Of a stretch of DNA of 39,112 nt, positions 10,317 through 19,375 are shown piece by piece. Source of the stretch: an uncultured Bacilli bacterium (lineage in GTDB: Bacteria > Bacillota_I > Bacilli_A > RF39 > UBA660); NCBI GenBank assembly GCA_944358495.1, contig CALVRF010000001.1:1-39112 (forward strand). The letters are read 5' to 3'. The first letter of the stretch is position 1. Every line of letters starts with the position of its first letter. The notes under the pieces are model-generated. The model searched no databases. It was not told the DNA's origin and saw nothing but the letters and a program-made list of their open reading frames with translations. Position numbers and translations under genes: made by a program.

Positions 10317-10400
10317 GGAGAGGTAGCGAAGTGGTTAAACGCGGCAGACTGTAAATCTGTTCCTTCGGGTTCGATGGTTCGAATCCATCTCTCTCCACCA
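10317..10400 (+). tRNA. tRNA-Tyr: tRNA-Tyr (anticodon GTA), long variable arm
   Basis: GGAGAGG acceptor stem, anticodon loop CTGTAAA, long variable arm, GGTTCGAATCC T-arm, CCA. Confidence 0.93.
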
Positions 10401-10406
10401 CGTGAT

Positions 10407-10481
10407 TGCCTCGTAGCCAAGCGGTAAGGCACCACACTTTGACTGTGGCATTCGCTAGTTCGAATCTAGCCGAGGCAGCCA
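10407..10481 (+). tRNA. tRNA-Gln: tRNA-Gln (anticodon TTG)
   Basis: TGCCTCG/CGAGGCA acceptor stem, anticodon loop CTTTGAC, GTTCGAATC T-loop, CCA. Confidence 0.9.
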
Positions 10482-10487
10482 TATAAT

Positions 10488-10563
10488 GTCCCGTTAGCTC
10501 AGCTGGTAGAGCATTTGACTTTTAATCAAAGGGTCCCGAGTTCGAATCTCGGGCGGGACACCA
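10488..10563 (+). tRNA. tRNA-Lys: tRNA-Lys (anticodon TTT)
   Basis: GTCCCGT acceptor stem, anticodon loop CTTTTAA, GAGTTCGAATCTC T-arm, CCA. Confidence 0.93.
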
Positions 10564-10576
10564 TTGTAGTTTGTTA

Positions 10577-10602
10577 GGGCCTTTAATTATAAGGCTTTTT
10601 TG
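10577..10602 (+). terminator. rho-independent terminator after tRNA cluster 1
   Basis: GCCTT / AAGGC stem with a 7-nt loop, followed by a T-run. Confidence 0.6.
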
Positions 10603-10873
10603 ATATCTATATGTTTTTGTGCCATGCAATTTTATGTTTTTTACTAGAATATTTTTTAGTTTTTTTGAGATATATGGTGTTTATTTTGGTAGTTGATATA
10701 TGTGCCTGAACAGTTATTATATTTTTGTTTTATTAATAAACTTTTGTGCTGATACATATAGTTTGTTATAGGTCGATTATATATTTATTTAGGGTTTATC
10801 TTAAAATTTTATTTATTTGTACGTAAAAATATATAAAAAAACGCAAAAAAGGGGTTTAAATTTAAAGAAAATG

Positions 10874-10882
10874 TGATATAAT
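10874..10882 (+). promoter_or_regulatory. extended -10 promoter element for tRNA cluster 2
   Basis: TGaTATAAT about 35 nt upstream of tRNA-Leu. The -35 is weak (GTTTAA). Confidence 0.45.
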
Positions 10883-10917
10883 GGATATGTTACTTTTTGA
10901 AAGTGAATAATTTAGAT

Positions 10918-11006
10918 GCCTGAGTGGCGAAATTGGTAGACGCACAGGACTTAAAATCCTGCGGGAGTCATATCCCGTGCCGGTTCAAGTCCGGCCTTAG
11001 GCACCA
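10918..11006 (+). tRNA. tRNA-Leu: tRNA-Leu (anticodon TAA), long variable arm
   Basis: GCCTGAG acceptor stem, anticodon loop CTTAAAA, long variable arm, GGTTCAAGTCC T-arm, CCA. Confidence 0.93.
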
Positions 11007-11010
11007 ACGT

Positions 11011-11101
11011 GGAGAAATACCCAAGTCTGGTTGAAGGGACCGGTCTTGAAAACCGGGAGGTCGGAAACGGCGCGGGGGTTCGAATCCCTCTTTCTCCGCC
11101 A
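11011..11101 (+). tRNA. tRNA-Ser: tRNA-Ser (anticodon TGA), long variable arm
   Basis: GGAGAAA acceptor stem, anticodon loop CTTGAAA, long variable arm, GGTTCGAATCC T-arm, CCA. Confidence 0.93.
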
Positions 11102-11118
11102 TTTGTATTTTAGAATAT

Positions 11119-11195
<77 letters not shown>

Positions 11196-11199
11196 TTTT

Positions 11200-11275
11200 G
11201 GTCTCGTGGTGTAGCGGTTATCACGTCTGCCTGTCACGCAGAAGATCGCGAGTTCGATTCTCGTCGGGACCGCCA
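11200..11275 (+). tRNA. tRNA-Asp: tRNA-Asp (anticodon GTC)
   Basis: GGTCTCG acceptor stem, anticodon loop CTGTCAC, GAGTTCGATTCTC T-arm, CCA. Confidence 0.93.
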
Positions 11276-11278
11276 TTT

Positions 11279-11354
<76 letters not shown>

Positions 11355-11541
11355 TCTGTAAAAACTATAAACTCTTACGTTCGGTTAAGGGTTTTTTTAA
11401 CCGCTACACCAAGCAAGAAAAAGCCCAACGAGTTATTGGGCCGCGCCGATATATTTATAGTTTGTTTTAATAGTTGTTTTTTTAAAGGTTTGTGTTGGAA
11501 TTTAAAGAAAAATTTTAATATAAAAAGATTTTATGTGGGTA

Positions 11542-11570
11542 TTGACTAACGCCCATAATTGTGATAGAAT
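11542..11570 (+). promoter_or_regulatory. candidate sigma-A promoter upstream of tRNA cluster 3
   Basis: TTGACT (11542-11547), 17-nt spacer, TAGAAT (11565-11570) with an upstream TG. It is about 155 nt from tRNA-Arg, so the assignment is tentative. Confidence 0.4.
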
Positions 11571-11725
11571 TTAATCGTGTCTTAGTTAAGTGTATTGATT
11601 TACTTAAATTTTAGACAATATTATCTTGTAGGAATAATGCTTATTTTGTTGAATAGTATTTAATAGCTGGCGCTTATTACGTGGTAAGAGAATAAGTATT
11701 AATATATTCCTTGCAGGCGACATAT

Positions 11726-11802
11726 GCGCCCATAGCTCAATTGGATAGAGCGTTTGACTACGGATCAAAAGGTTATGGGTTCGACTCCTATTGGGCGCGC
11801 CA
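11726..11802 (+). tRNA. tRNA-Arg: tRNA-Arg (anticodon ACG)
   Basis: GCGCCCA acceptor stem, anticodon loop CTACGGA, GGTTCGACTCC T-arm, CCA. Confidence 0.93.
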
Positions 11803-11807
11803 TATAT

Positions 11808-11884
11808 CGGGAAGTAGTTCAACTTGGTAGAGCACTACATTTGGGATGTAGCTGTTGCAGGTTCAAATCCTGTCTTCCCGACCA
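11808..11884 (+). tRNA. tRNA-Pro: tRNA-Pro (anticodon TGG)
   Basis: CGGGAAG acceptor stem, anticodon loop TTTGGGA, GGTTCAAATCC T-arm, CCA. Confidence 0.93.
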
Positions 11885-11895
11885 CTTTATAAAAT

Positions 11896-11919
11896 AACCG
11901 TTGAATAACAACGGTTTTT
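11896..11919 (+). terminator. rho-independent terminator after tRNA cluster 3
   Basis: AACCGTTG / CAACGGTT perfect 8-bp stem, 5-nt loop, T-run. Confidence 0.75.
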
Positions 11920-11984
11920 ATGCGCTTGAAATTGAATAAATCCACAGTACTGTCTTTCAATATGATGATTATGGTGACAAAAGG

Positions 11985-12731
11985 TCATAAAATTTTATTA
12001 TAGATTTTTTCTAAATCTTGTTCCATAATATCAAAGCTAGTTCCATGGTCATGGATTTGCCCGGCTTTTTTACCACTTTTGAAAACATTAATTTTAAAAG
12101 TTATTTTAATTGTGCCATCGTCGATGGCTTTTAGGAAACTTTTAAATTTTTTCAGTTCATAAAAGGTGTAATCATAATATTTGTAGTAAACACTGTCACA
12201 TTCATATTTTCTATCGGCCTTGACAAAAAGTAAGTATTTTAATTTTCGATATACTTTTTCTTTTATCATGTCAAAGCTCCAAGAACATTTATTGTCGATT
12301 AATATACCACTTAATTTATCAAATACATGCATAAAAACTTTTTCTTTGTGCCAGTCAACGTAAAGAATATATTGATATTTTTTAGCAGTTTGAACATACT
12401 TATTACCATATATTGATATATTGAATACTTTATATTGTGGATATTTAGAATGGGGATAGCCATATTCTTTATGGATTCTTTTAATTTCATATAAATAGCT
12501 ATCTGGCGCTGCCCCAAATAAAGTGATGTAAGGCTCACTATTAGTTTTTTTAGCCTTTATTTCAATTGCTCCATAATCGGGAATTTCAAAATCTTCACTA
12601 TGGATGTCTAGCTCATTTTCTAACGTAAGACCAACGCCGGAGTCACCATTATTGACTGATTTAATCCATCCTTTTTGGACTATGCGATTCATTTTTTCGG
12701 TTAATTCCTGATATTCATATAATTCTTTCAT
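11985..12731 (-). CDS. MvaI/BcnI-family type II restriction endonuclease-like protein (no adjacent methyltransferase)
   Basis: GDSGVGLTLENEL...IPDYGAIEIKAKK...ITLFGAAP parallels BcnI (DDGVVGQILERQF...LGDLGEFELKG...LTLFHKKP). C-terminal IHDHGTSFDI...LEKIY parallels BcnI GPHDRGPHLRI...LDKLY. ATG at 12731 lies 6 nt after GGGAGAA. Confidence 0.65.
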   Translation of the reverse strand: MKELYEYQELTEKMNRIVQKGWIKSVNNGDSGVGLTLENELDIHSEDFEIPDYGAIEIKAKKTNSEPYITLFGAAPDSYLYEIKRIHKEYGYPHSKYPQYKVFNISIYGNKYVQTAKKYQYILYVDWHKEKVFMHVFDKLSGILIDNKCSWSFDMIKEKVYRKLKYLLFVKADRKYECDSVYYKYYDYTFYELKKFKSFLKAIDDGTIKITFKINVFKSGKKAGQIHDHGTSFDIMEQDLEKIYNKIL

Positions 12732-12969
12732 ATTTGTTTCTCCCATATTATAATTTGTTAGAACTTTGGAGTTCTATATTAATATACGTTTTTTATAGAG
12801 GTAATTCCTGCTTCTTATGGGAAAAAAAGCTCAAAAAATGTCAAAAAATGAATATATTAAACCAAAGAGCTAAAATTAAATAGTATGGTGTTTTATCTTC
12901 CCATGAATTAACTCTTTAAAAAAAGGCGTAAATATGATAAACTAATAGTAGCTGTGAAAGGAGAATTAT

Positions 12970-13503
12970 ATGGTAGTTTTTTTAATAATAATTGTGATTT
13001 TAGTAGCAATTATAATTATTTTATATAACCACTTGGTAAAATTAAATATTAGATGTAATAATGCGTGGTCACAAATAGATAATCAGCTTAAACGTAGAGC
13101 TGATTTAATTCCTAATTTAGTAGAAGTTACGAAGGGTTATGCCGCATATGAAAGTCAAGTGTTAACTGAGGTAGTGAATGCGAGAAATCAAGCTAACTCG
13201 ATGAGCGATATGGCCAAAAATAGTGAGGAAGTAAGTGAAAAATTAAATAATTTATTTGCTTTGTCAGAAAATTATCCAGATTTAAAAGCTAATGAAGTTT
13301 TTAAAAATTTGCAAATTGAATTAACAGGAACTGAAGATAAAATTGCCTTTGCTCGCCAGTTTTATAACGATACAGTGCAACATTATAATACGGCGATTAT
13401 GGTATTTCCAAACAATATTATGGCAAAATTAATGAAGTATAAAGAGAAAGAATATTTTAAAGTGCAAGAAGACGAAAAAGAAGTAGTTGAGGTGAAGTTA
13501 TAA
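12970..13503 (+). CDS. lemA: LemA family membrane protein
   Basis: N-terminal TM helix. NAWSQIDNQLKRRADLIPNLVE ... ENYPDLKAN ... ARQFYNDTV..YNT are LemA family signatures. Confidence 0.85.
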   Translation: MVVFLIIIVILVAIIIILYNHLVKLNIRCNNAWSQIDNQLKRRADLIPNLVEVTKGYAAYESQVLTEVVNARNQANSMSDMAKNSEEVSEKLNNLFALSENYPDLKANEVFKNLQIELTGTEDKIAFARQFYNDTVQHYNTAIMVFPNNIMAKLMKYKEKEYFKVQEDEKEVVEVKL

Positions 13504-13504
13504 G

Positions 13505-14383
13505 ATGATTTTAAGAGATGTTAGACGTAATAAATTGAAAACAGGTTTGATTATTACTATCTTTTTTGTTTTCATCACTTTACTAATTTATTTTGTATCT
13601 TTATTTCTCTTTGATAACATTTATTTAGCAGCAGCAATAGGACTTTCCATCTCCGCAATTTCAGCATTTGTTTCTTATTATAATTCAGATAAAATGATTT
13701 TGAGTATTAATGGTGCGAGGCCGGCAACACGTGAAGAGTTTTTACAATTAAATGTATCTTTGGAATCTTTATGTATTAGTGCCGGATTACCATTGCCCAA
13801 ATTATATGTGATGGAGACTGATGCGTTAAATGCTTTTGCGACAGGAAGAAATCCTGAGCATGCTGTAGTCTGTGTAACAACAGGACTACTTAAAAAGCTT
13901 AATAAATATGAATTAGAAGGTGTTTTAGCTCACGAATTATCACATATTAAAAACTATGATATTCTAGTTTCTACTATTTCCATTGTAATGGTGGGATTTG
14001 TAAGTATATTAGCTGATGTATTTACTCACGGCTTAATTTGGGGTGGTAATCGCGATGAAGACAGTAGAGCTTCTATAATTTTATTAGTTGTGGGTTTAGT
14101 ATTTATTATTTTATCGCCGATAGCAGCTACATTGCTTAAATTAGCCATTTCGCGTAATCGTGAATATTTGGCTGATGCTAGTGCGGTAGAAATTGCTCGT
14201 AATAAAGAAGGACTTATAAGCGCATTAACAAAATTAGAAACAGAAAATAGACCAATGAATGTTAACAAAGCAACGGAATCTTTATTTATTGTTAATCCAT
14301 TAAAAGGCAAAGAGAAGGATTCTTTATGGAGTACTCATCCAAGTACAGTTAATCGCATTAAAAGATTGCAAAATATTCAATAA
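13505..14383 (+). CDS. htpX: M48 family zinc metalloprotease HtpX
   Basis: HELSHIKNYD (HExxH), four TM segments, NREYLAD third-ligand region. The conserved LemA-HtpX gene pair is present. Confidence 0.85.
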   Translation: MILRDVRRNKLKTGLIITIFFVFITLLIYFVSLFLFDNIYLAAAIGLSISAISAFVSYYNSDKMILSINGARPATREEFLQLNVSLESLCISAGLPLPKLYVMETDALNAFATGRNPEHAVVCVTTGLLKKLNKYELEGVLAHELSHIKNYDILVSTISIVMVGFVSILADVFTHGLIWGGNRDEDSRASIILLVVGLVFIILSPIAATLLKLAISRNREYLADASAVEIARNKEGLISALTKLETENRPMNVNKATESLFIVNPLKGKEKDSLWSTHPSTVNRIKRLQNIQ

Positions 14384-14528
14384 TAGTTTATAAGTTAGAA
14401 GAAAGCGTAATAAAGCCAAAAACGCTTTTTTATTGGTGAAAATTTAGTGATAATGGTTGAAAATTAACGATTTAGTAGATTAAATTTGGAAAATATGTTA
14501 TTATTATATAGAGAAAAGAGGTAGTGAT

Positions 14529-15389
14529 ATGAACGAAAACAAACGTTTATTGGTTATTTTTGGAGTAATTGTTTTAGTTGTAGCAGTAATTTTAATAATT
14601 AGTTTTTGGCCAGAACCGGATAAAACTTTTACATGTGGAGTAAAAGCTGATGGCGACTATGATAAACTTGGGTCTGTGAACTATGAGCAGTATCAATGTT
14701 TATATGAAAGTGATGATAAAAATGCTTTGGTAGTAGCTGATGAACTTAGCAATAAAGAAAAAGAAACTTTAAATAACGTAGCTACAAGATTAGGTCATGC
14801 ATTATATTATGTAGATACGGAAAGTTTTTCTAGTGATGAATTAAAATCTATGAAAAAAGAATTAAAATATAATGACAATTCTTTTGATAAAAATGTTATT
14901 TTAACGATTCAAAGTGAAAAAGTTGATGATTTTAAAGAAGAAATTTTTGACGATGAGGATGCTTTGTTTGAATTCTTACAAGATGCTAATTTAGCTAAAT
15001 TTGCTTGTGAGGTAGTGAGTGATCCTGAATATGAAAACTTAGGAGCACTTACCTATGACCAATATCAATGTTTATATGATAGTGGTGAGCCATTTGCTCT
15101 TATTTTAGCGCAAACAACATGCAGTTATTGTTTGTCATATAAACCGATAATTGATGAATATGCTGCTGATAATAATGTACCAGTTTACATTATAGAAATT
15201 GACGAATTAACTGATGATGAAACTAATTCAATATTATCTTCATTAAGCTATTTTGATGATAATACTAGTTGGGGAACACCACTAACTATTGGTATTAAAG
15301 ATAAAGAAGTAGTAGCTGAGATTAACGGTTATACTGATGATGAAAATACCATTAAAGATTTCTTTGTACAGCTTGGACTTCAGGAATAA
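14529..15389 (+). CDS. membrane-anchored thioredoxin-fold protein with an internally duplicated N-module
   Basis: N-terminal TM helix. CSYC (CxxC) inside ALILAQTTCSYCLSYKPIIDEY. The second half repeats the first (see findings). Confidence 0.55.
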   Translation: MNENKRLLVIFGVIVLVVAVILIISFWPEPDKTFTCGVKADGDYDKLGSVNYEQYQCLYESDDKNALVVADELSNKEKETLNNVATRLGHALYYVDTESFSSDELKSMKKELKYNDNSFDKNVILTIQSEKVDDFKEEIFDDEDALFEFLQDANLAKFACEVVSDPEYENLGALTYDQYQCLYDSGEPFALILAQTTCSYCLSYKPIIDEYAADNNVPVYIIEIDELTDDETNSILSSLSYFDDNTSWGTPLTIGIKDKEVVAEINGYTDDENTIKDFFVQLGLQE

Positions 15390-15480
15390 ACGTTATAATA
15401 GAATAGTGATTAAGTTCACTATTTTTTTTGTCATTTTAAAGTCACTTTGTGGAGATATTATGTTCTTAAGGAGGGATACT

Positions 15481-16158
15481 ATGACAGTTTTGAAAGTGGA
15501 AAATTTAACAAAAACATATGGAAAAGGTGCAACAGCGATCAATGCTGTAGATAATGTTAGTTTTAGTGTGGATAAAGGTGAGTTTGTCGCGATTGTTGGC
15601 CCTAGCGGTTGCGGGAAATCGACGCTTTTGCATTTGATTGGCGGAGTGGATCGTCCCACAAGTGGGAAGGTGTTTATCGAAGATGAGGACATTTATAAAC
15701 TAAGCGATGATAATTTAGCTATTTTTCGCCGTCGTCAAGTCGGGATAGTTTATCAGTTCTATAATTTAATACCGATTTTAAATGTTGAAGAAAATATTTG
15801 TTTGCCTTGTGACTTAGATGGAACAACAGTTGGTACTAAGAAAATTGATGATATGCTTGAGGTTTTAGCTTTAAAAAATAGACGTCAACATTTGCCTAAT
15901 CAATTATCCGGTGGACAACAACAGCGCGTATCAATCGGAAGAGCACTCATTAATAATCCAGCAATTATTTTGGCTGATGAACCGACGGGTAATTTAGATT
16001 CTAAGGCTAGTAGAGAAATTATGGATTTACTTAGGTTATCAAATAAAAAATATAAGCAGACAGTAATTGTTATTACCCATGATTTAAATATTGCATTGAA
16101 AGCAGATAGAGTTATTACGATGGCTGATGGTAAATTAATTAAGGATGAGAGGAACTGA
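15481..16158 (+). CDS. ABC transporter ATP-binding protein (MacB/FtsE-like)
   Basis: Walker A GPSGCGKST, signature LSGGQQQRV, Walker B ILADEPTGNLD. ATG at 15481 follows AAGGAGGGA. The ORF-track start at 15337 overlaps the upstream gene. Confidence 0.9.
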   Translation: MTVLKVENLTKTYGKGATAINAVDNVSFSVDKGEFVAIVGPSGCGKSTLLHLIGGVDRPTSGKVFIEDEDIYKLSDDNLAIFRRRQVGIVYQFYNLIPILNVEENICLPCDLDGTTVGTKKIDDMLEVLALKNRRQHLPNQLSGGQQQRVSIGRALINNPAIILADEPTGNLDSKASREIMDLLRLSNKKYKQTVIVITHDLNIALKADRVITMADGKLIKDERN

Positions 16159-16159
16159 C

Positions 16160-18661
16160 ATGAAAAATTTAAAGAAATTGGCAGTTCGTAATTTACTTTT
16201 GAATAAGAAAAGAGCAACAGTTACGATTATCGGAATTATGCTTTCAACAGCACTTATTTGTGTAGTGGCCGGAATTGTCACTAGTTTCCAGGCGACATTT
16301 GTGGAAAATGCGATTATGGATAATGGTGACTATGAAGCGATATTTAAAAAGGTTGATAGCGAAGAAGTTAAGTATGTGGAAAACAACCGAAATGTTACCG
16401 ATTCTTTTAGAACTAGGGATTTAGGTTATGCTAAGTTTATTACTAGTATTGAAGAATATAGGCCTTATTTATATGTGAGTGAATATGACGATGAAGCTTT
16501 TAAACATATTCATGTGGAACTTACCGAAGGCAGGTTACCTAAAAATAGTAATGAAATTATCATCCCAAAAAGAATGAATCAGGATAGTTCAGTTGTTTAT
16601 AAAATCGGTGATAAATTGACGTTAGATATCGGAAAGCGTTATTTAGGTGGTGAAGAAGTTAATCAAAATGTAACGTATTCTGGTATTGATGGAGAGGAAG
16701 AAACTTTGGTTTCTGAAATGACCAAGGAATATACTATTGTTGGTATATTTACCGGAATTGGACCATCACTTGAACCTTATTCTGCGCCAGCTAGTACGTT
16801 AATTAGTTATTTGGATGATACGGCGACTAATTTTAATATTGGAGTATTATATACTAATCCAGTGCAGGCTAAAGAATTTAGTAAAGATATTAATGATGAT
16901 TTGAGCCAAGAATATGAAGTTATTTATAACGAAGATTTATTAGATGCCTATGGTGGAAATTTTAGTTCTTCGACGATGTCGATGTTTTATATCGTTGGAG
17001 CTATTGTCATTTTAATTATTTTGGTTTCTAGTGTATTTGTGATTAAAAATAGTTTTTCTATTTCTATTACCGAAAAATTCAAACAATATGGCATGCTTAT
17101 TAGTGTGGGGGCAACTTCTAAGCAAATTAAAAAAATGGTTTTATTTGAGGGCTTAATACTGGGCGTTATTGGTATTGCTTTGGGATTGATTTTAGGAATA
17201 TTAGTTATTTATGTTTTAGTTTTATTAATTAATTTAATTTTAGGAGATTATTTAAATAATTTAGAATTTGTTTATTATATTTCACCCTGGTCCTTGGTAG
17301 TTGCTTTACTATTTTCAATAATCACGATTTATTTATCGGCTATCTTGCCGGCGCGAAAAGCCGCCAAAATATCACCGATTGAAACGATTAGAGGTAGTGA
17401 TGATATAAAAATTAATAATAAAAAAATTCGCAGTCCAAAATTAGTGAAGAAAATTTTCGGCATTGGCGGAGAGATTGCTTATAAAAATTTGAAAAGAAGC
17501 CGAAAGAAGTATCGAACAACAGTTATTTCTTTAGTTGTTAGTATAATTATGTTTATTTCCATTTCGGCTTTGATTCAGTATAGTTTTAAAGTATCCAATG
17601 TGTATTATCAAAGCTTAGATTATAATGTATCAGTCTTTAATACTGCTGATGATAGCCAAGCTAGTTATGAACTTTATAAGGCTTTAGAGCAGATGTTTGA
17701 CAGTGCTTCAATAATTGAACGAACAGTAGAGATAGAAATTCCTGATGAGTATTTGACTAGTATGGGCAAGGAAATGAGTGGGAATGTAGATAGTTATTAT
17801 TTGATGCTAATGTCAATCGGGGATGAAGCTTATAAAAATTATGTTGATAAATTAGGTGGTAAGGCGGACGACTACGCAAAGGGCGGAATTTTACTTGATA
17901 ATGCGACAACTTTTATCGATGATAAAAAATATAGTGGGCATTTGTATAATTTGGAAGTTGGCGATGAAATTTCTGGAACCACCATCGATAGTGAAGATAA
18001 AATTAATATAAGAGTCGTTAAAAAGACGGATATCTTACCGATGAATTTAGGGGCATTACATTATGGCGTTTTAATTGTTTCTGATTCTTATATGGATAGT
18101 TTAGATTATTCTAGTGGGGCTTTTTATTTAAAGGACGATTCAGCTGATGAGGCAGCGAAAAAGATAAATGATTATATCGAAAATAATGATGAATATCGGA
18201 ATGTATTTGTGTCTAGCCTTGATGAAAGTATTAGAGAAAATAATGCGATTGTTTTAGTAATTTCTATTTTCCTTTATGGCTTTATTATGGTGATTACGTT
18301 AATTGGCGTAACTAATATTTTTAATACTATTACCACGAATATGAATTTACGCAGGAAAGAGTTTGCTATGTTAAAGTCGGTAGGCATGACAAGTAAGGAA
18401 TTTAATCGGATGATTAGATTAGAAAGTGTTTTTTATGGATTTAAGTCATTAATTATTGGCATACCATTAGGCTTGTTATTGTCGTACGGTATATATATGG
18501 GAATTAGTGAATCGTTAGAGACACCATATGTGGTGCCGATTGGTCCAATTATTATTTCGATAGTATTTGTCTTTGTGATAGTGTTTATTACGATGCATTA
18601 TTCTTTATCAAAAATTAATAAGGAAAATATTATTGAAACGATTCGTAGTGATAATATTTGA
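16160..18661 (+). CDS. ABC transporter permease with two FtsX-type domains
   Basis: Two FtsX-like 4-TM modules separated by large extracytoplasmic regions. Its start overlaps the stop of the ATPase gene. Confidence 0.85.
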   Translation: MKNLKKLAVRNLLLNKKRATVTIIGIMLSTALICVVAGIVTSFQATFVENAIMDNGDYEAIFKKVDSEEVKYVENNRNVTDSFRTRDLGYAKFITSIEEYRPYLYVSEYDDEAFKHIHVELTEGRLPKNSNEIIIPKRMNQDSSVVYKIGDKLTLDIGKRYLGGEEVNQNVTYSGIDGEEETLVSEMTKEYTIVGIFTGIGPSLEPYSAPASTLISYLDDTATNFNIGVLYTNPVQAKEFSKDINDDLSQEYEVIYNEDLLDAYGGNFSSSTMSMFYIVGAIVILIILVSSVFVIKNSFSISITEKFKQYGMLISVGATSKQIKKMVLFEGLILGVIGIALGLILGILVIYVLVLLINLILGDYLNNLEFVYYISPWSLVVALLFSIITIYLSAILPARKAAKISPIETIRGSDDIKINNKKIRSPKLVKKIFGIGGEIAYKNLKRSRKKYRTTVISLVVSIIMFISISALIQYSFKVSNVYYQSLDYNVSVFNTADDSQASYELYKALEQMFDSASIIERTVEIEIPDEYLTSMGKEMSGNVDSYYLMLMSIGDEAYKNYVDKLGGKADDYAKGGILLDNATTFIDDKKYSGHLYNLEVGDEISGTTIDSEDKINIRVVKKTDILPMNLGALHYGVLIVSDSYMDSLDYSSGAFYLKDDSADEAAKKINDYIENNDEYRNVFVSSLDESIRENNAIVLVISIFLYGFIMVITLIGVTNIFNTITTNMNLRRKEFAMLKSVGMTSKEFNRMIRLESVFYGFKSLIIGIPLGLLLSYGIYMGISESLETPYVVPIGPIIISIVFVFVIVFITMHYSLSKINKENIIETIRSDNI

Positions 18662-18724
18662 TGATAAAAGGGCTTTTTAAGTCCTTTTGTGTTATAATAC
18701 AGGTGATGAAAATTGGTGATAATC

Positions 18725-19375
18725 ATGAAAAAAATTTTGCTTTTGGAAGATAATGAGTCAATAATTAAGGGGTTAAAGTTTTTATTAGAAAAAGAAGGTT
18801 ATGAAGTGGTAGTTTTTCGCGATGTGCTGGCGATGAAGAAAATAAATTATAATGACTTTGATATTGCTATTTTGGATGTAATGTTGCCAGACGGCAGTGG
18901 TTTTGAGGTGTGCCATAATATTAAAAATGAGGCTAAAATACCGGTAATATTTTTGACGGCTAGAGATGAAGAAGATGATATTGTTCAGGGTTTTGAATTA
19001 GGCGCTGATGATTATATAGCGAAACCTTTTAGAAATAGAGAGCTACTTTCTAGAGTAAACCGATTAATAAAGGGGAATACGAAAATTATCGAGTGTCAAA
19101 ATGTTCGTATTGATGTTGCAGGGGCTAGAGTATATGTCGATGGTCAAGAAGTTAATTTTACGGCCTTAGAGTATAGAATTTTATTATTTTTATTTATGAA
19201 TATGGATAAGTTAATAACACGCGAGGCTATATTGGAAAAAATATGGGATGTGGCTGGTAATTTTGTTAATGACAACACTTTAACGGTTTATATTAAAAGA
19301 ATCAGGGCTAAACTTAATAATGATAAGTTGATTACGACAGTTAAGGGATTAGGATACCGGGTGAATAGCAAATGA
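18725..19375 (+). CDS. OmpR-family response regulator
   Basis: Receiver domain (ILLLEDN, DIAILDVMLPDGSG, KPF) plus a winged-helix output domain (LTVYIKRIRAKL ... GLGYRV). Confidence 0.9.
   Translation: MKKILLLEDNESIIKGLKFLLEKEGYEVVVFRDVLAMKKINYNDFDIAILDVMLPDGSGFEVCHNIKNEAKIPVIFLTARDEEDDIVQGFELGADDYIAKPFRNRELLSRVNRLIKGNTKIIECQNVRIDVAGARVYVDGQEVNFTALEYRILLFLFMNMDKLITREAILEKIWDVAGNFVNDNTLTVYIKRIRAKLNNDKLITTVKGLGYRVNSK

Noticed and set aside
15337-15480. N-terminal extension of the ABC ATPase ORF
   Set aside because: It overlaps the end of the upstream thioredoxin-fold gene and crosses its stop region. A strong RBS precedes the ATG at 15481, which gives the canonical ABC N-terminus.
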